A DNA stretch of 64,000 nt, taken from positions 1-64,000 of the forward strand of contig JBMNJG010000005.1 of the NCBI GenBank assembly GCA_050951545.1, read 5' to 3'. This DNA is from Limnochordia bacterium. Its GTDB lineage: Bacteria; Bacillota; Limnochordia; DTU080. Shown piece by piece: positions 47,967 through 59,177 of this stretch (position 1 is the first letter of the stretch; each line of letters opens with the position of its first letter). A program made the position numbers and the translations under genes. A model generated the notes under the pieces. It searched no databases. It was not told where the DNA came from and saw only the letters and a list, made by a program, of their open reading frames with translations.

Positions 47967-48365
47967 ATGCTCCCGGAATGTCTTTCCGTCATGAAAGCAG
48001 CCAGCGATGGCACACGTCTACGCATCCTCAAGCTGCTGCAAGGGCGCGAATTGTGCGTCTGCCAGATCATGGCTGTTCTTGATATGAGCTCCTCTACGGT
48101 CTCTACGCATCTGGCGACCCTACGCCAGGCGGGGCTCGTACGCGATGCTAGAGAAGGACGCTGGGTCTACTACTCGTGGGAAACACAGCACCGCAATCCC
48201 TACGCGATACCCCTTCTGACTCTACTACGGAGCTGGTTGGAGAACGACTCCCAGATCGAGGCAGACAACGCCCGACTGCAGCAGATCACCCAAATGCCCC
48301 TGGACGAGCTCTGTGTTGAACGCGGAAGAGTAAAACTCACCGAAAAGGAAGGCGAACTGCTATGA
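47967..48365 (+). CDS. ArsR/SmtB repressor
   Basis: D.TRLRIL, ELCVC, STVSTHL..L, GRWVYY. Confidence 0.93.
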   Translation: MLPECLSVMKAASDGTRLRILKLLQGRELCVCQIMAVLDMSSSTVSTHLATLRQAGLVRDAREGRWVYYSWETQHRNPYAIPLLTLLRSWLENDSQIEADNARLQQITQMPLDELCVERGRVKLTEKEGELL

Positions 48366-49591
48366 CCACCAGACGAGCGGGAAGCGCGCGAAACACCTGG
48401 ATCCAGCGACTGACCAGCCCTGAGTGGCGAGGATTCTACGTGATCGCCACCGTCTTCCTGGCAGCCTATTTCGTCCCATTCGAGCATCCCCGCGTCTCTC
48501 AGGCCCTCGTAGAGTCGTTTCTGATGCTCCAGGAATACGCACGCGACCATGTGTTGCTTTGCCTCGTACCAGCTCTCTTCATCGCAGGGGCTATCGCCAA
48601 TTTCCTTTCGCAAGGAGCCGTTGTGCGCTACTTCGGCGCCGGTGCCAGCAAGATCGTTGCCTACTCAGTGGCCTCTGTTTCGGGCACCATTCTCGCGGTC
48701 TGCTCGTGCACTGTGCTCCCTTTGTTCGCAGGTATCTACCGCCGAGGTGCTGGCATCGGGCCAGCTACCACGTTCTTGTATGCGGGTCCCGCTATCAACA
48801 TCCTCGCCATCATCTTGACTGGTCGCATCCTGGGCTGGCAGCTCGCTCTAGCGAGAGCCATAGGGGCTGTCGTCTTCGCAATCGTGATCGGACTGCTTAT
48901 GGCTGCCATGTTCAACAATGACGACCACACAGAGCAGACCACGACCACGCTTGGCGACCCGACTACTGAGTTAGACACTCGCTCTCCGGTCCAGAACGCG
49001 CTCTTTTTCGTCACGTTGGTCGCTATCCTTGTCTTCGCTGCCTGGGGCAAACCTGCAGAGTCGATGGGATTCTGGAGCGCCATCTATGGCACCAAGTGGC
49101 CTATCACCGGGGCCTTGCTCTTGCTACTGTGCCTGATTCTGAGTCGCTGGTTTACTGGCGAAGAGCGTTCAGCCTGGGTCCGTGCTAGCTGGGGGTTTGG
49201 CCAGCAGATTCTCCCTCTGCTTTTCGGTGGTGTGCTCGTCGCGGGGCTGCTGATGGGCCGACCCGGTACAGATGCAGGCCTGATCCCTTCACGCTATGTC
49301 GCGATGGCCGTGGGCGGAAATTCGCTAGCTGCTAACCTCTTGGCTTCCGTAGCAGGGGCGTTCATGTATTTTGCCACACTGACGGAGGTTCCGATTCTGC
49401 AGGGACTGCTAGGCTCCGGGATGGGCCAGGGACCGGCGCTGGCACTACTTCTGGCGGGGCCTGCCCTTAGCCTCCCGAGTATGCTCGTACTACGAAGTGT
49501 TCTGGGAACTAAGAAGACGATGGTCTTTGTGGGGCTTGTTATCGCCACAGCTACCACTGCCGGCATGCTGTACGGAGCATTGGTGGCGTAG
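48362..49591 (+). CDS. ArsP/DUF318 permease
   Basis: AVCSCTVLPLF, FLYAGPAIN, YFATLTEVP, LSLPSM. Confidence 0.9.
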   Translation: MTTRRAGSARNTWIQRLTSPEWRGFYVIATVFLAAYFVPFEHPRVSQALVESFLMLQEYARDHVLLCLVPALFIAGAIANFLSQGAVVRYFGAGASKIVAYSVASVSGTILAVCSCTVLPLFAGIYRRGAGIGPATTFLYAGPAINILAIILTGRILGWQLALARAIGAVVFAIVIGLLMAAMFNNDDHTEQTTTTLGDPTTELDTRSPVQNALFFVTLVAILVFAAWGKPAESMGFWSAIYGTKWPITGALLLLLCLILSRWFTGEERSAWVRASWGFGQQILPLLFGGVLVAGLLMGRPGTDAGLIPSRYVAMAVGGNSLAANLLASVAGAFMYFATLTEVPILQGLLGSGMGQGPALALLLAGPALSLPSMLVLRSVLGTKKTMVFVGLVIATATTAGMLYGALVA

Positions 49592-49616
49592 ATACCAACT
49601 GGAAAAGAGGCGGGAA

Positions 49617-49865
49617 ATGGTTATTCGCATCTTGGGCACAGGTTGTGCCAAATGTGAGGAGCTTGGGCGCCGGGCCCGAGCAGCTGCGGAGGCACTCCAC
49701 GTTGAAGCAGAGTTCACGAAGGTGACAGACCTGAACGAAATCGTCTCCTACGATGTCTTGCTGACACCTGCGTTGGTGATTAATGACAAAGTGAAAGCGT
49801 CGGGCCGGCTGCCCAACCAGGCCGAGATCGAGCGCTGGATCGCGCAAGAGTCCGAGGCTGACTGA
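49617..49865 (+). CDS. Small thioredoxin-like protein (MTH895 type)
   Basis: ILGTGCAKC, TPALVIN. Confidence 0.9.
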   Translation: MVIRILGTGCAKCEELGRRARAAAEALHVEAEFTKVTDLNEIVSYDVLLTPALVINDKVKASGRLPNQAEIERWIAQESEAD

Positions 49866-49867
49866 CC

Positions 49868-50275
49868 TCAGATGCAGCGAAGCGCGACATGCACAACATG
49901 CCGCGCTTCCCTATCTGCCCTTTGGGCATCGGCCAGTGAGTACTCCTCCGTCGGGATAAAATCGACGTCTCCGTAGAAGGCGAATTCGCGTTCTTTTCGC
50001 AGCCACTTCGAGGTGGCAGCAAGAACTGGCAACTCCTGCCGCACATCCTCGACAAAGCGAGAGCTGTGATCGACAAGCAAGCCCCCCACATCGTGTTGCT
50101 TCGGCGGCTCAACGCCAACCAACCTCAACATGGCCTTGAGAGCCAGCTCAACAACCTCCTGGGCTTCCCGCACGACATCGGAGTAGGCCTGCTCCTCAAG
50201 CAGCACCTCAAGCACACGCAACCTCTTTTGGGCCTTTTCCAGATAAGCGAGTGCCAGTGAGCGACCAGTCACCAT
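49868..50275 (-). CDS. HEPN-domain protein
   Basis: QEVVELALKA, P.HDV, REFAFY (RxxxxY). Confidence 0.88.
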   Translation of the reverse strand: MVTGRSLALAYLEKAQKRLRVLEVLLEEQAYSDVVREAQEVVELALKAMLRLVGVEPPKQHDVGGLLVDHSSRFVEDVRQELPVLAATSKWLRKEREFAFYGDVDFIPTEEYSLADAQRADREARHVVHVALRCI

Positions 50276-50775
50276 AGGCGGAACACCTCACCGGGTTTGA
50301 TTTCGTTCTTCAGAAGCCAGTACCAGGCACCGCGATAGGGAATTCGCCGCGCCCCCAACTCCGCAAGTCGAGCCTTCAAACGAGCCAGCTGCTTTTTCAG
50401 GAAGCCTTCCCTATCGAAGAGAATGCGCGCATCTTCGGTCATATCAAGCAAAAGCAAGCTCCCTCCTGCAATCTCTTCGGGGGAGCGAATCACTGGGGAT
50501 ATGTGTGTATTGAGTCCGTGATGTCTCGACTGCTTTAAAGCAGATGCCAGCTGGTGCTCCACGCGATCGAACTCGGCCATACGGGGCATACGGCCCCTTG
50601 GAAGCTGCTCAACGACAAGCAGCAAGTCGATGTCAGAATCACGCCGCGGTGTACCACGCCCTACGGAACCATAGACCGCCACGGAAACCAGCCGGGGTCC
50701 GTAGTAGGCGACAGCCTGCGACACGATGGCCTCGCAGAGCGCCGAAAAGGCCTCCATCAGTCCAATGCGTTCCAT
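50269..50775 (-). CDS. Minimal nucleotidyltransferase (MNT)
   Basis: YGSVGRG....DSDIDLL; overlaps the HEPN gene. Confidence 0.9.
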   Translation of the reverse strand: MERIGLMEAFSALCEAIVSQAVAYYGPRLVSVAVYGSVGRGTPRRDSDIDLLLVVEQLPRGRMPRMAEFDRVEHQLASALKQSRHHGLNTHISPVIRSPEEIAGGSLLLLDMTEDARILFDREGFLKKQLARLKARLAELGARRIPYRGAWYWLLKNEIKPGEVFRLW

Positions 50776-50886
50776 GAGCTTGCAGCTCCTTCGTGCATGA
50801 TGCTTGTTGCCCCACTTGCCTGCGCCGGAACATGAAAAAACCACACGTCTATCACATCATTGCGTGGGGCGACAAGCAGGCAGTGC

Positions 50887-51750
50887 TTAGCATCCTGTCA
50901 AGAAGCGTGCCCCCTGTAGAATCCCCAGTCGCCTGTCGGCGGATGAGCCCGTGAAGTTGGCATCTTCCAACTCAATGCTCACGCATCCTGTGTACCCCGC
51001 TTCCTGCAAAATGCGGAAGGCCTCGGTCCAGCGCACCACACCGTGACCTGGGATGGCATAGCGCCAGGTCATGCTGCCATAGGGGATGGCCTTGGCAAAC
51101 GTCGGCGGTTGCTCGATACCAAATTCGTAGAAATTCCCTGTGATTAGGGCAGTATCCTTACCATGAACATGGACGACCCGCGACGCAAACTCCCGCAGAA
51201 ACTGCAGATAGTCGATCCTCATGCGTACAAGATGCGACGGATCGAAGTTTATCCCCATCACAGGCGATGAAACCTCCTTGAAGAAGGCACGAAGCGTCTC
51301 TGGAGTGCAACATAGGGCTCCCGGAGCAGGATAACCTTCGATAGAGATGCGCGCTGCGCTCTCCTCAAGCGCAGATACGAGGGCACTGTAACTCTCTACC
51401 ATGTAACTGAAGTTCTCAGCTCTGGGGAGTCCAGGATTCTCCGGAGCCATGACCACCAGATAGTTCAGTGGGCCATAGGCCGCGTTGTGACGAATGTACT
51501 CCACCTTAGCGGCCACCGCCGCAGTCCGCTTACCAGCGTCGGCAGAAATCAGATCCCGCCAAGCGGGTAGATCAATGGTGCCCACCCGTAAGCCCGCGGC
51601 CCGTACCACCGACACCTCTTCGGCGGCAATACCGTCGATCACCTCTAGATCGTGTTCCTTTGCCCAAGCGATCACGACGTCAATCCCCTGAGTCTCGCGC
51701 AACCCACCACGAATGAAACCTATCGGATATCCACCAGTCCGAGTCTTCAT
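50887..51750 (-). CDS. Sugar phosphate isomerase/epimerase (xylose isomerase-like TIM barrel)
   Basis: NFDPSH, HVHGKD, PG.G, SIELE. Confidence 0.88.
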   Translation of the reverse strand: MKTRTGGYPIGFIRGGLRETQGIDVVIAWAKEHDLEVIDGIAAEEVSVVRAAGLRVGTIDLPAWRDLISADAGKRTAAVAAKVEYIRHNAAYGPLNYLVVMAPENPGLPRAENFSYMVESYSALVSALEESAARISIEGYPAPGALCCTPETLRAFFKEVSSPVMGINFDPSHLVRMRIDYLQFLREFASRVVHVHGKDTALITGNFYEFGIEQPPTFAKAIPYGSMTWRYAIPGHGVVRWTEAFRILQEAGYTGCVSIELEDANFTGSSADRRLGILQGARFLTGC

Positions 51751-51818
51751 TTCGTCACCTGGCCCCCCAAAAAAATGATGTGACGCTGTGCGGGCATGTC
51801 GACGGCCTTCGATTCACG

Positions 51819-52853
51819 TCATAGCCAACTGTCAAACCACCCATAGGCCGCCTCATTTGCCTCGGCGGTCGGTGAGTGCCCAGAGCGATGATTCACCATA
51901 CCAATGCGATCTGCCGCACCGTAGAGACTGTAAACCCCCTGAGCACCGTTAAGATAAGGCCAGCTACGATCGCCGTCAGCGCTCTCGCCAGCGACCAACA
52001 GAAAGGCTCTAGGTGCCACAAAAGCGAGCAGTTGGTGATGATCCAGATGAAACCCCGGTTCGCGGATCTCCGGCCCCAGATACCAGGGAGCATCCCAGTT
52101 GGAGAAGGAGAGCCCAATTCCCGGCTCCGAAGACACCACCACCTGGTAACGAGTGTCGAAGGCCCCGGCATAGAGGGCCATCTTACCGCCCAAGGAGTGA
52201 CCCATGCAACCGATGCGCGCAGGATCCACCAGATCCGTGCTGATCAGGTAATCGACGCAGCGCGAAGCGTCCCAGATCACGCGCCCCAAACCCTTCCAGG
52301 CAGGAAATCTGCGCCGGAAGAGTTCCACGCTCGGCGAGTAACGCCGCTGCAGTCCGGATCCGCCCGTGCCGAGGAGCTCAACGTATCCTTCGTGAACCCA
52401 ACGCTGCACCAGAGTCACATAGCCTCTTTCTGCCAAATGACGTGCGAAATGCCGCGTCTCTAGACCTGGTTTCCAACGTGAGCTACCCAAGTCATGCCCC
52501 GCAGGCACGTCAACGTCATAGTAAAAGACCACTACCGCTGGTAGCCGCTTCTGGCCTCGCTCCTTGGGCACCAGAAGATAACACTGTTCTCGGTACCCTG
52601 GTTCCATCTGAAGATAGACGAGGCTGCCCATACACGTCCCAAGATCGTCCTCTCGCTGCACCTCAGGATCGAGTGGCAGCTGGGCTATGGGAGACTCACC
52701 CAGATAGTGGTGCCAAGCCTCCATAAGAGCGGCTCGGCGCGCTTCCCATTCGCCCACTGAACCGATCCGGGTGCCCCGCTGTGTCGTCAAAAGCGATGGG
52801 TGATCGAGTGTGTGATGCCGCCACTCCTCAGGTGCATTGGTCTGAATCTCCAT
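51819..52853 (-). CDS. Alpha/beta hydrolase (dienelactone hydrolase/esterase-like)
   Basis: VDPARIGCMGHSLGG nucleophile elbow; D and H downstream; start trimmed to ATG 52853. Confidence 0.85.
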   Translation of the reverse strand: MEIQTNAPEEWRHHTLDHPSLLTTQRGTRIGSVGEWEARRAALMEAWHHYLGESPIAQLPLDPEVQREDDLGTCMGSLVYLQMEPGYREQCYLLVPKERGQKRLPAVVVFYYDVDVPAGHDLGSSRWKPGLETRHFARHLAERGYVTLVQRWVHEGYVELLGTGGSGLQRRYSPSVELFRRRFPAWKGLGRVIWDASRCVDYLISTDLVDPARIGCMGHSLGGKMALYAGAFDTRYQVVVSSEPGIGLSFSNWDAPWYLGPEIREPGFHLDHHQLLAFVAPRAFLLVAGESADGDRSWPYLNGAQGVYSLYGAADRIGMVNHRSGHSPTAEANEAAYGWFDSWL

Positions 52854-53061
52854 CAACCCGTTCCCCCTCCCGTCAGTGCACTGTTTCACGAGGCTGCTCT
52901 TCTTTTCCTCTGTAAGCAGCCCGAAACAGCAACACGGCGTGCGGAAGCTTGTGTTGCTTTCTGTCGACCTACTAGGCGCATTGCACGCGATCGATAAGCA
53001 AGGATATCCTATGCCAGAAGGTGAATTCATCGCTACGACAAGGAATTGGAGATGAGACCCG

Positions 53062-54300
53062 ATGCACAGCCACATACTTGGGAGCCTGTCCCCCCGCAGA
53101 ACTACCACCTCTGTCGACGTCGGAGGGGTCTGGCTCGGTAGCGGACACCCCATTGCCGTGCAATCTATGACCAATACGCCCACGGCAGACATCATGGCCA
53201 CGCTGGAGCAAATCACCACGCTTGCCGAAGCTGGCAGTGAACTCGTGCGCATTACCGTCAACACCGACGAAGCTGCCCAGGCAGTCCCCAAGATCGTCTC
53301 TGAGCTGGACAATCGCGGCATCCGCACCCCCATTATCGGGGATTTCCATTTCAACGGGCATCTTCTGCTCGGCAAGTATCCTGATTGCGCCCAAGCCTTG
53401 GCGAAGTACCGCATTAACCCCGGCAACGTGGGCACCAAGCGCCGTGACGACAACTTTCGGGCCATCATCGAACAGGCCGTGCGCTACGGAAAACCTGTAC
53501 GTGTTGGCGTCAACGGAGGGTCACTCGACCAGCAACTTCTGACGAAGATGATGAACGAAAACGCCCAACGCCCACAACCCCTGCCGGGAAAGGAAGTCAT
53601 CCTAGAGGCGATGGTTGAGAGCGCCTTACTTTCAGCGACATTTGCTGAGAAGTGCGGCTTGGATCATGCACGCGTTGTGCTAAGCACCAAGGTTTCTAGC
53701 GTTCCGGAGCTTATCGCGGTCTACACAAGACTGGCGGCTCGCTGCGATTACCCCCTGCACATCGGGCTTACCGAGGCCGGCATAGGCACCAAGGGCGTTG
53801 TGGCCTCCACAGCTGGCATCGCCATACTTCTCGCCGCAGGTATCGGTGATACCATCCGTGTCTCCACAACCCCTACACCCAATGGCGATCGCTCAGATGA
53901 GGTGCGCACAGCTCAACAGATCCTGCAATCTCTGGAGCTACGAGCCTTTGCTCCTCAGGTCTCATCGTGTCCGGGTTGCGGACGCACCAGCAGCACGTTC
54001 TTCCAGCAGATGGCTCAGGAAATCCAAGATTTCGTGGAAGAGCGATTGCCGTACTGGCGCGCCTCTAACCCTGGCGTAGAGAGCATGCGTATCGCGGTAA
54101 TGGGTTGTGTGGTCAACGGACCCGGGGAGAGCAGACACGCTGACATCGGTATATCGCTGCCGGGTACATCCGAAGCTTCTGCCGCCCCAGTGTACGCAGA
54201 CGGCCAACTAGTGACCACCTTGCGCAGCGAGAACATCGTAGCTGACTTCAAACGCATGCTGGAGGAGTATGTAGCCACCCGCTATCAACCTGAGCAATAG
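53062..54300 (+). CDS. ispG: HMBPP synthase
   Basis: [47 protein letters not shown]. Confidence 0.97.
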   Translation: MHSHILGSLSPRRTTTSVDVGGVWLGSGHPIAVQSMTNTPTADIMATLEQITTLAEAGSELVRITVNTDEAAQAVPKIVSELDNRGIRTPIIGDFHFNGHLLLGKYPDCAQALAKYRINPGNVGTKRRDDNFRAIIEQAVRYGKPVRVGVNGGSLDQQLLTKMMNENAQRPQPLPGKEVILEAMVESALLSATFAEKCGLDHARVVLSTKVSSVPELIAVYTRLAARCDYPLHIGLTEAGIGTKGVVASTAGIAILLAAGIGDTIRVSTTPTPNGDRSDEVRTAQQILQSLELRAFAPQVSSCPGCGRTSSTFFQQMAQEIQDFVEERLPYWRASNPGVESMRIAVMGCVVNGPGESRHADIGISLPGTSEASAAPVYADGQLVTTLRSENIVADFKRMLEEYVATRYQPEQ

Positions 54301-54371
54301 TCTGCAGCGGTACGTGAAAATCCGCACGATGGGCATGCTATGGGCAGTCCCTGCCCAAGGAGGATACTGGC

Positions 54372-55220
54372 ATGCCCCGCAGCCGCCTCTTCCGCTTGTT
54401 CCTGGCCGCGGCACTAGCTTTGTTACTCACGACCGTCCCGAGTCTTCTTAGTCAGCGTCCCTCCACCTCCCAGCCGTCTGGCTCCGAGCAGCCACCAGCC
54501 CCTACTGACCCGGCCAATGCGGAGGTCATGCCTCTGCCTCTCCATCTTTTGGTGATCGGCCTTGATGCCAGCCTAAAGCGCAGCGACGTACTTCTCGCCA
54601 TCTCGGTGCCCCAGCAAGGTCAGATCTCGGTGCTTTCCATCCCTCGGGACACTCGCGTGCCAATGCCGAGTGGTCCGCACCGCAAGATCAACGAGTTGTA
54701 CGCCCTCGGAGGTACACAAGCAACCCAAGAGGGCGTCTCCCGGCTACTAGGTACCGATTTCCCCTACTACCTGACCCTCAGTTTCCGCGGTTTTGAGCAG
54801 CTGGTGGATGCCCTCGGAGGGGTCTCCCTCCTGGTCAAGCAGCGCCTACACTATGTTGACCATGCAGGCGGTCTATGTATCGACATCCAACCCGGCCATC
54901 AGACGCTGACTGGTGCCAAGGCCTTAGAGTTTGTGCGCTACCGCGCAGACGGCCGCGGTGACATTGGCCGTATCCAGCGACAGCACGATTTCATGCGAGA
55001 ATGGGCGCGAAGCATCGTCGCCAACCCCGAGCGTCTACTGGCCTTGCGCCACGATCTGCCTCAGGGGGTTCAGACCAATCTCCCCACCGCAGATAGCGTG
55101 CGCTTGGCCATGCGTCTGGCTACAGACCAACGCCCTCTGCATTTTGGCGTACTGCCCGGAGAGCCCGCTTATCTTGACCAGGTCAGCTACTGGCTGCCCC
55201 ACCCCGCACAACACCCCTAA
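54372..55220 (+). CDS. LytR-CpsA-Psr family protein
   Basis: RSD, SIPRDT, LVDALGG, RYR..GDIGR..RQ. Confidence 0.92.
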   Translation: MPRSRLFRLFLAAALALLLTTVPSLLSQRPSTSQPSGSEQPPAPTDPANAEVMPLPLHLLVIGLDASLKRSDVLLAISVPQQGQISVLSIPRDTRVPMPSGPHRKINELYALGGTQATQEGVSRLLGTDFPYYLTLSFRGFEQLVDALGGVSLLVKQRLHYVDHAGGLCIDIQPGHQTLTGAKALEFVRYRADGRGDIGRIQRQHDFMREWARSIVANPERLLALRHDLPQGVQTNLPTADSVRLAMRLATDQRPLHFGVLPGEPAYLDQVSYWLPHPAQHP

Positions 55221-55602
55221 CAGGTCGGCTAACAGCTCCTGCGGGACAGCACAACAGCGCGCGCACCGCCTTCACTACCTCCGTCATTTCATATGGCTTT
55301 TGGATCAGCATCTGGTAAGTCTCCTGAGGGGGCAGCTCTTCCACAGAAGCGCCCGTAGCGACGACCACGGGTATCGCCCTCATCTTTGGATCGCGGCGCA
55401 TCATTCCGATGAGCTCCGCTCCCCTCACATAAGGTAAGTTGAGATCGGTAAGCACGAGGTCCGGAGGCCTTTCCTTCCCGAGCGTGCTCATGGCCTGTCT
55501 ACCATCTGTAGCTAAACGAACCTCGTGACCAGCCTCTGACAGCACCTCCTGCAGTAAGAGTGCAATGCCCAAGTCGTCTTCCACCACAAGGATACACGCC
55601 AA
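55183..55602 (-). CDS. Single-domain response regulator
   Basis: ILVVEDD, PDLVLTDLNLP, KP. Confidence 0.88.
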   Translation of the reverse strand: MACILVVEDDLGIALLLQEVLSEAGHEVRLATDGRQAMSTLGKERPPDLVLTDLNLPYVRGAELIGMMRRDPKMRAIPVVVATGASVEELPPQETYQMLIQKPYEMTEVVKAVRALLCCPAGAVSRPVRGVVRGGAASS

Positions 55603-55724
55603 TGTATTCCCCCGCCCAGTCCTAATCCGCATAACATAAGTTAGTTTTCTGTGCCCGGCACGCATCCCTTCTGGGTCGCTTTTCTTCGTGGTTTTTCCAC
55701 GAAATACGTTATGGAGTGCTCTCG

Positions 55725-56996
55725 TTAAGCTCCCTGTTCGCTGACTGTCTCTGCCAGATCAATGTGAAAAACGGACCCATGCGGCCGGTTGGGCGCGTAA
55801 GATACCCTACCCCCGTGCGCATTCTCCACGATCGACCGCACCAGAAGCAGCCCCATGCCGCTGCCTCGCTCTTTGGTGGTCACAGCCGAATGGAAGAGCC
55901 CGGCCCGCATGCCCACTGGAATGCCCGGACCGTTGTCGCGCACGGAAACGCGCACACCGTTAGGGGTCCTTTTGGCACTAATGCTCACTTTGCCCCCTTC
56001 AGGCATGGCGTCTAGCGCATTGCGCACAAGGTTGTCGATAGCCAAGGTCAACAGGCTGGGGTTAGCATAGACGTTCAGAGATGGATCGCTCTTAGCCTCT
56101 AAGCACACGCCCGGAGTCACTGGTGTTGCCGCCACAATGCCTTCTATTAGTTCCTTGACACTCATCTGCTTGAGATCCATGCGCGCTCCACCCAATGCCC
56201 TGAGTTCCTTCACTAAATCGGTCATCTGATCGGTGATCTTCTCACAGCGTCCCACAAGCTCCAGCGTTCGTTCGTCGGACACTCTCCGCGACAGCATGCT
56301 CAGATTGCCTTTGAGAACAGTGAGCGGATTGCCTAGCTCGTGCGCAATGAAACTAGACATACGAGCGAGCAGCCTCACCGACTCAGCATTCCGACGCTGG
56401 ATGAGTTCTCCCGTGATATCATGTGCGAGATGGCCAATCACGCCCAGACTTTCCGGCCCGAGCCGCTCCATAGTAACCGCAAACAACGCCCCGATAGCAC
56501 GTCCCATCTCATCGTCAATGGGTGCGCCATAGCTGAAGAAGCCGTGAGCATTGAGGCAGTAGTGCTCGGTGCCACAAACAGCAACTGGCTCCTTGGCGAC
56601 CAAGGCCAAGCCTGCAGCAGACGTTCCCACGGACGGTTCCGAAAGATCATTGCCAGGCTGGAACATGCTGCCTAGAAGGCCCTTGAGGGCACCTGCTCCA
56701 CACAGCAGGATGCCATCCCGATCGACCATCCCCGCCATGCAAGCCGAAGAGGTGGTCGTAGAAAGAAGCGTCTCCAGCCAATCCAGGTAGGACGTAGCCA
56801 AAGCAATCATGTCTGCATGTGCATTGATCCGACGCCGTAACTCATCATCGGAGAGACGCCGACATGACCAGCTGTCATGAGAGACCCCAGCTGCTTTCGA
56901 ACGCCCCCAAGAGTCACTTATGACCACCCTCACATTACCCTCAAGCGATTCACCGCCAGCAAAACGGGTCCATTCGACTAGCACCGGATCTGTCAC
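55725..56996 (-). CDS. Soluble GAF-domain histidine kinase
   Basis: GAF (SW.RS, E..VGTSA, EHY), AHELGNPL, NL.RNA, DNGPG, GSGMGL. Confidence 0.9.
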   Translation of the reverse strand: MTDPVLVEWTRFAGGESLEGNVRVVISDSWGRSKAAGVSHDSWSCRRLSDDELRRRINAHADMIALATSYLDWLETLLSTTTSSACMAGMVDRDGILLCGAGALKGLLGSMFQPGNDLSEPSVGTSAAGLALVAKEPVAVCGTEHYCLNAHGFFSYGAPIDDEMGRAIGALFAVTMERLGPESLGVIGHLAHDITGELIQRRNAESVRLLARMSSFIAHELGNPLTVLKGNLSMLSRRVSDERTLELVGRCEKITDQMTDLVKELRALGGARMDLKQMSVKELIEGIVAATPVTPGVCLEAKSDPSLNVYANPSLLTLAIDNLVRNALDAMPEGGKVSISAKRTPNGVRVSVRDNGPGIPVGMRAGLFHSAVTTKERGSGMGLLLVRSIVENAHGGRVSYAPNRPHGSVFHIDLAETVSEQGA

Positions 56997-57216
56997 GATG
57001 TCCCCACCTCTATTCTGACAACACAGCGAGCCATTTGTCGCAATCCCTCGGCAGTATTATTGCTTATGCACCTTCAGCACACTTCCTGCTCGAAAATGCA
57101 GAAAATGGTAATGGGCATTCACATAGACGAAGCAGCGAACCAAATGGAGATCCTTAGCGATGGGGCAAACGCACGGAAGTGACACTACCTACGGGGTGCC
57201 GCAGCCCTGTACCATC

Positions 57217-58422
57217 CTAGTCGTAGCGCAGAGCCTCAACGGGCTGCAGCTGTGAGGCTTTACTCGCTGGGTAAACGCCGAAAAACAAGCCTACGGAAAA
57301 AGAGAAAAGGAAAGCGATGGCTACAGACTCCAGCGTCACTGCAGTGCTCCAGCCTGCATAGCGAGAGATAAGAACCGAACCGCCAATCCCAAGTGAGATG
57401 CCCACCAGGCCCCCGAACATGGAGAGGGCAATCGCCTCAACGAGAAACTGAGCAAGGATCTCGCTGCGTTTGGCACCCAAGGCCTTTCGAATACCAATCT
57501 CCCGAATGCGTTCGGTCACCGACACCAACATGATATTCATGATCCCGATACCGCCTACCAGCAGCGATACCCCGGCAATACTGGCTAAGAGCAGGGTCAT
57601 CGTACCCGCCGTCTCCTCAGCGACTGACAACACCTCTGCCTGGTTGCTGACGAAGTAGGCCTCCTCACTCTTCAGTCGTTCAAAGAGCAAATCGTCGACT
57701 TCCGACTGGGCAGCGGTCATAAACTGGGCATCGGCGACCTCCACATAGATCGCCCGCAGTCGTTCATTTCGCCAGAGCCTTCTCTGCGCAGTGGTTAGCG
57801 GAACGAGTATCTGGTCATCGATATTCATGAAGCCACTCTGCCCTTTGCTCTTCAGCACACCGATCACCGTGAACCGCACGTTCCCGATCTTGACCTCGCT
57901 ACCCAGACCGGGTCTTCCCGCAAACAGTTCTTCGTGTACGCTAGAGCCGAGCACCGCTACTCGCTCGCGAGATTCCATGTGCATCTCCGTGATGGGAAAG
58001 CCCTGCTCAAGCTCGTGGTTGCGCACCGACAGATAGTCGGGAGTAACGCCGACAACGCTGGTCTGCAGCGACCCCGAAGGTCCCTTGACTGCCAAGTTCG
58101 ACGACGCCTCTGGTGCCACAGCCTTGCAGAGAACGCAGTTTTCCCGCAGATAATCAACAACGGCATTGTTGACCGCAGTACCGCTGCCCAGACTGCCCCT
58201 CCCAGACGTCCTGCTGCCGCCGCGGCCTGGGGTTACCACAAGCAGGTTCGAACCCATACCTCGAATGCTGCGCGTGATGTCAGCCTTGGCTCCCTCCCCA
58301 AGAGCCACCATGACAATGACGGCAGTCACCCCGATCACCACACCCAGCACCGTCAGGAACGAGCGAAGTGGGTTGGCACGCAAACCCCCGAAGGCGGCCC
58401 GCAGAGTTTCGGTGATGCGCAT
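57217..58422 (-). CDS. MacB/FtsX-like ABC permease
   Basis: RSFLT.LG, GGIGIMNIMLVSVTER.REIG.RKALGA, ALRY. Confidence 0.93.
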   Translation of the reverse strand: MRITETLRAAFGGLRANPLRSFLTVLGVVIGVTAVIVMVALGEGAKADITRSIRGMGSNLLVVTPGRGGSRTSGRGSLGSGTAVNNAVVDYLRENCVLCKAVAPEASSNLAVKGPSGSLQTSVVGVTPDYLSVRNHELEQGFPITEMHMESRERVAVLGSSVHEELFAGRPGLGSEVKIGNVRFTVIGVLKSKGQSGFMNIDDQILVPLTTAQRRLWRNERLRAIYVEVADAQFMTAAQSEVDDLLFERLKSEEAYFVSNQAEVLSVAEETAGTMTLLLASIAGVSLLVGGIGIMNIMLVSVTERIREIGIRKALGAKRSEILAQFLVEAIALSMFGGLVGISLGIGGSVLISRYAGWSTAVTLESVAIAFLFSFSVGLFFGVYPASKASQLQPVEALRYD

Positions 58423-59177
58423 CAGACCAGCCCCCTGTCCGCGGCCGTCAAGCGCGCAGCAGCATCCGAGGTGTCCCCAACGATGAGGCCATCCCGCACC
58501 TCCAGGATCCGCCCGGTCCAGCCAGCAATCTCACGGTCATGCGTGACGACGAGCACAGTATGTCCCTGAGCATGCAGCTCAGCGAAAACGCCCATGATCT
58601 CCTCACCCGAACGCGAATCCAGATTCCCTGTGGGCTCATCGGCCAAAATGAGTGGTGCTCTGGTGACCAGGGCTCGAGCGACGGCCACGCGCTGCTGCTG
58701 CCCACCCGACAGCTCAGCTGGTAGATGCCCTATTCGGTCGCTCAAGCCGACCCTTTCGAGAGCCTCCCGAGCTCGACGCCGGCGCTCCCTCAGAGGCACC
58801 CCGGCATACATCAAGGGGAGGGCCACGTTATCTAGAGCACTCAAGCGGGGGAGAAGGTTAAAGGCCTGGAAGACAAAACCAATATGCTTGTTCCGAGTTG
58901 CTGCCAGTTGGGCATCAGAAATCCCGGCTACCTCCACGCCGTTAAGCGTGTAGGTACCCGAGGTCGGTACATCTAGGCATCCGATGATACTCATGAGGGT
59001 CGACTTGCCTGATCCGGATGGTCCCATCAGAGCCACAAACTCGCCCGGACTGATATGGAATGTGACACCACGCAAGGCCTGTACAGAGACCCGGCCATTG
59101 GAGAAGACCTTTGTCACGTTCTCCAGACGAATCAAGTCATCACCCCCTCTTGTATGCTTCTGATCATCGTACGCCAA
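58422..59177 (-). CDS. ABC ATP-binding protein (MacB/LolD-like)
   Basis: [26 protein letters not shown]. Confidence 0.96.
   Translation of the reverse strand: MAYDDQKHTRGGDDLIRLENVTKVFSNGRVSVQALRGVTFHISPGEFVALMGPSGSGKSTLMSIIGCLDVPTSGTYTLNGVEVAGISDAQLAATRNKHIGFVFQAFNLLPRLSALDNVALPLMYAGVPLRERRRRAREALERVGLSDRIGHLPAELSGGQQQRVAVARALVTRAPLILADEPTGNLDSRSGEEIMGVFAELHAQGHTVLVVTHDREIAGWTGRILEVRDGLIVGDTSDAAARLTAADRGLV

Noticed and set aside
52854-53468. N-terminal extension of the 549-aa ORF
   Set aside because: Antisense to ispG; good RBS and ATG at 52853.
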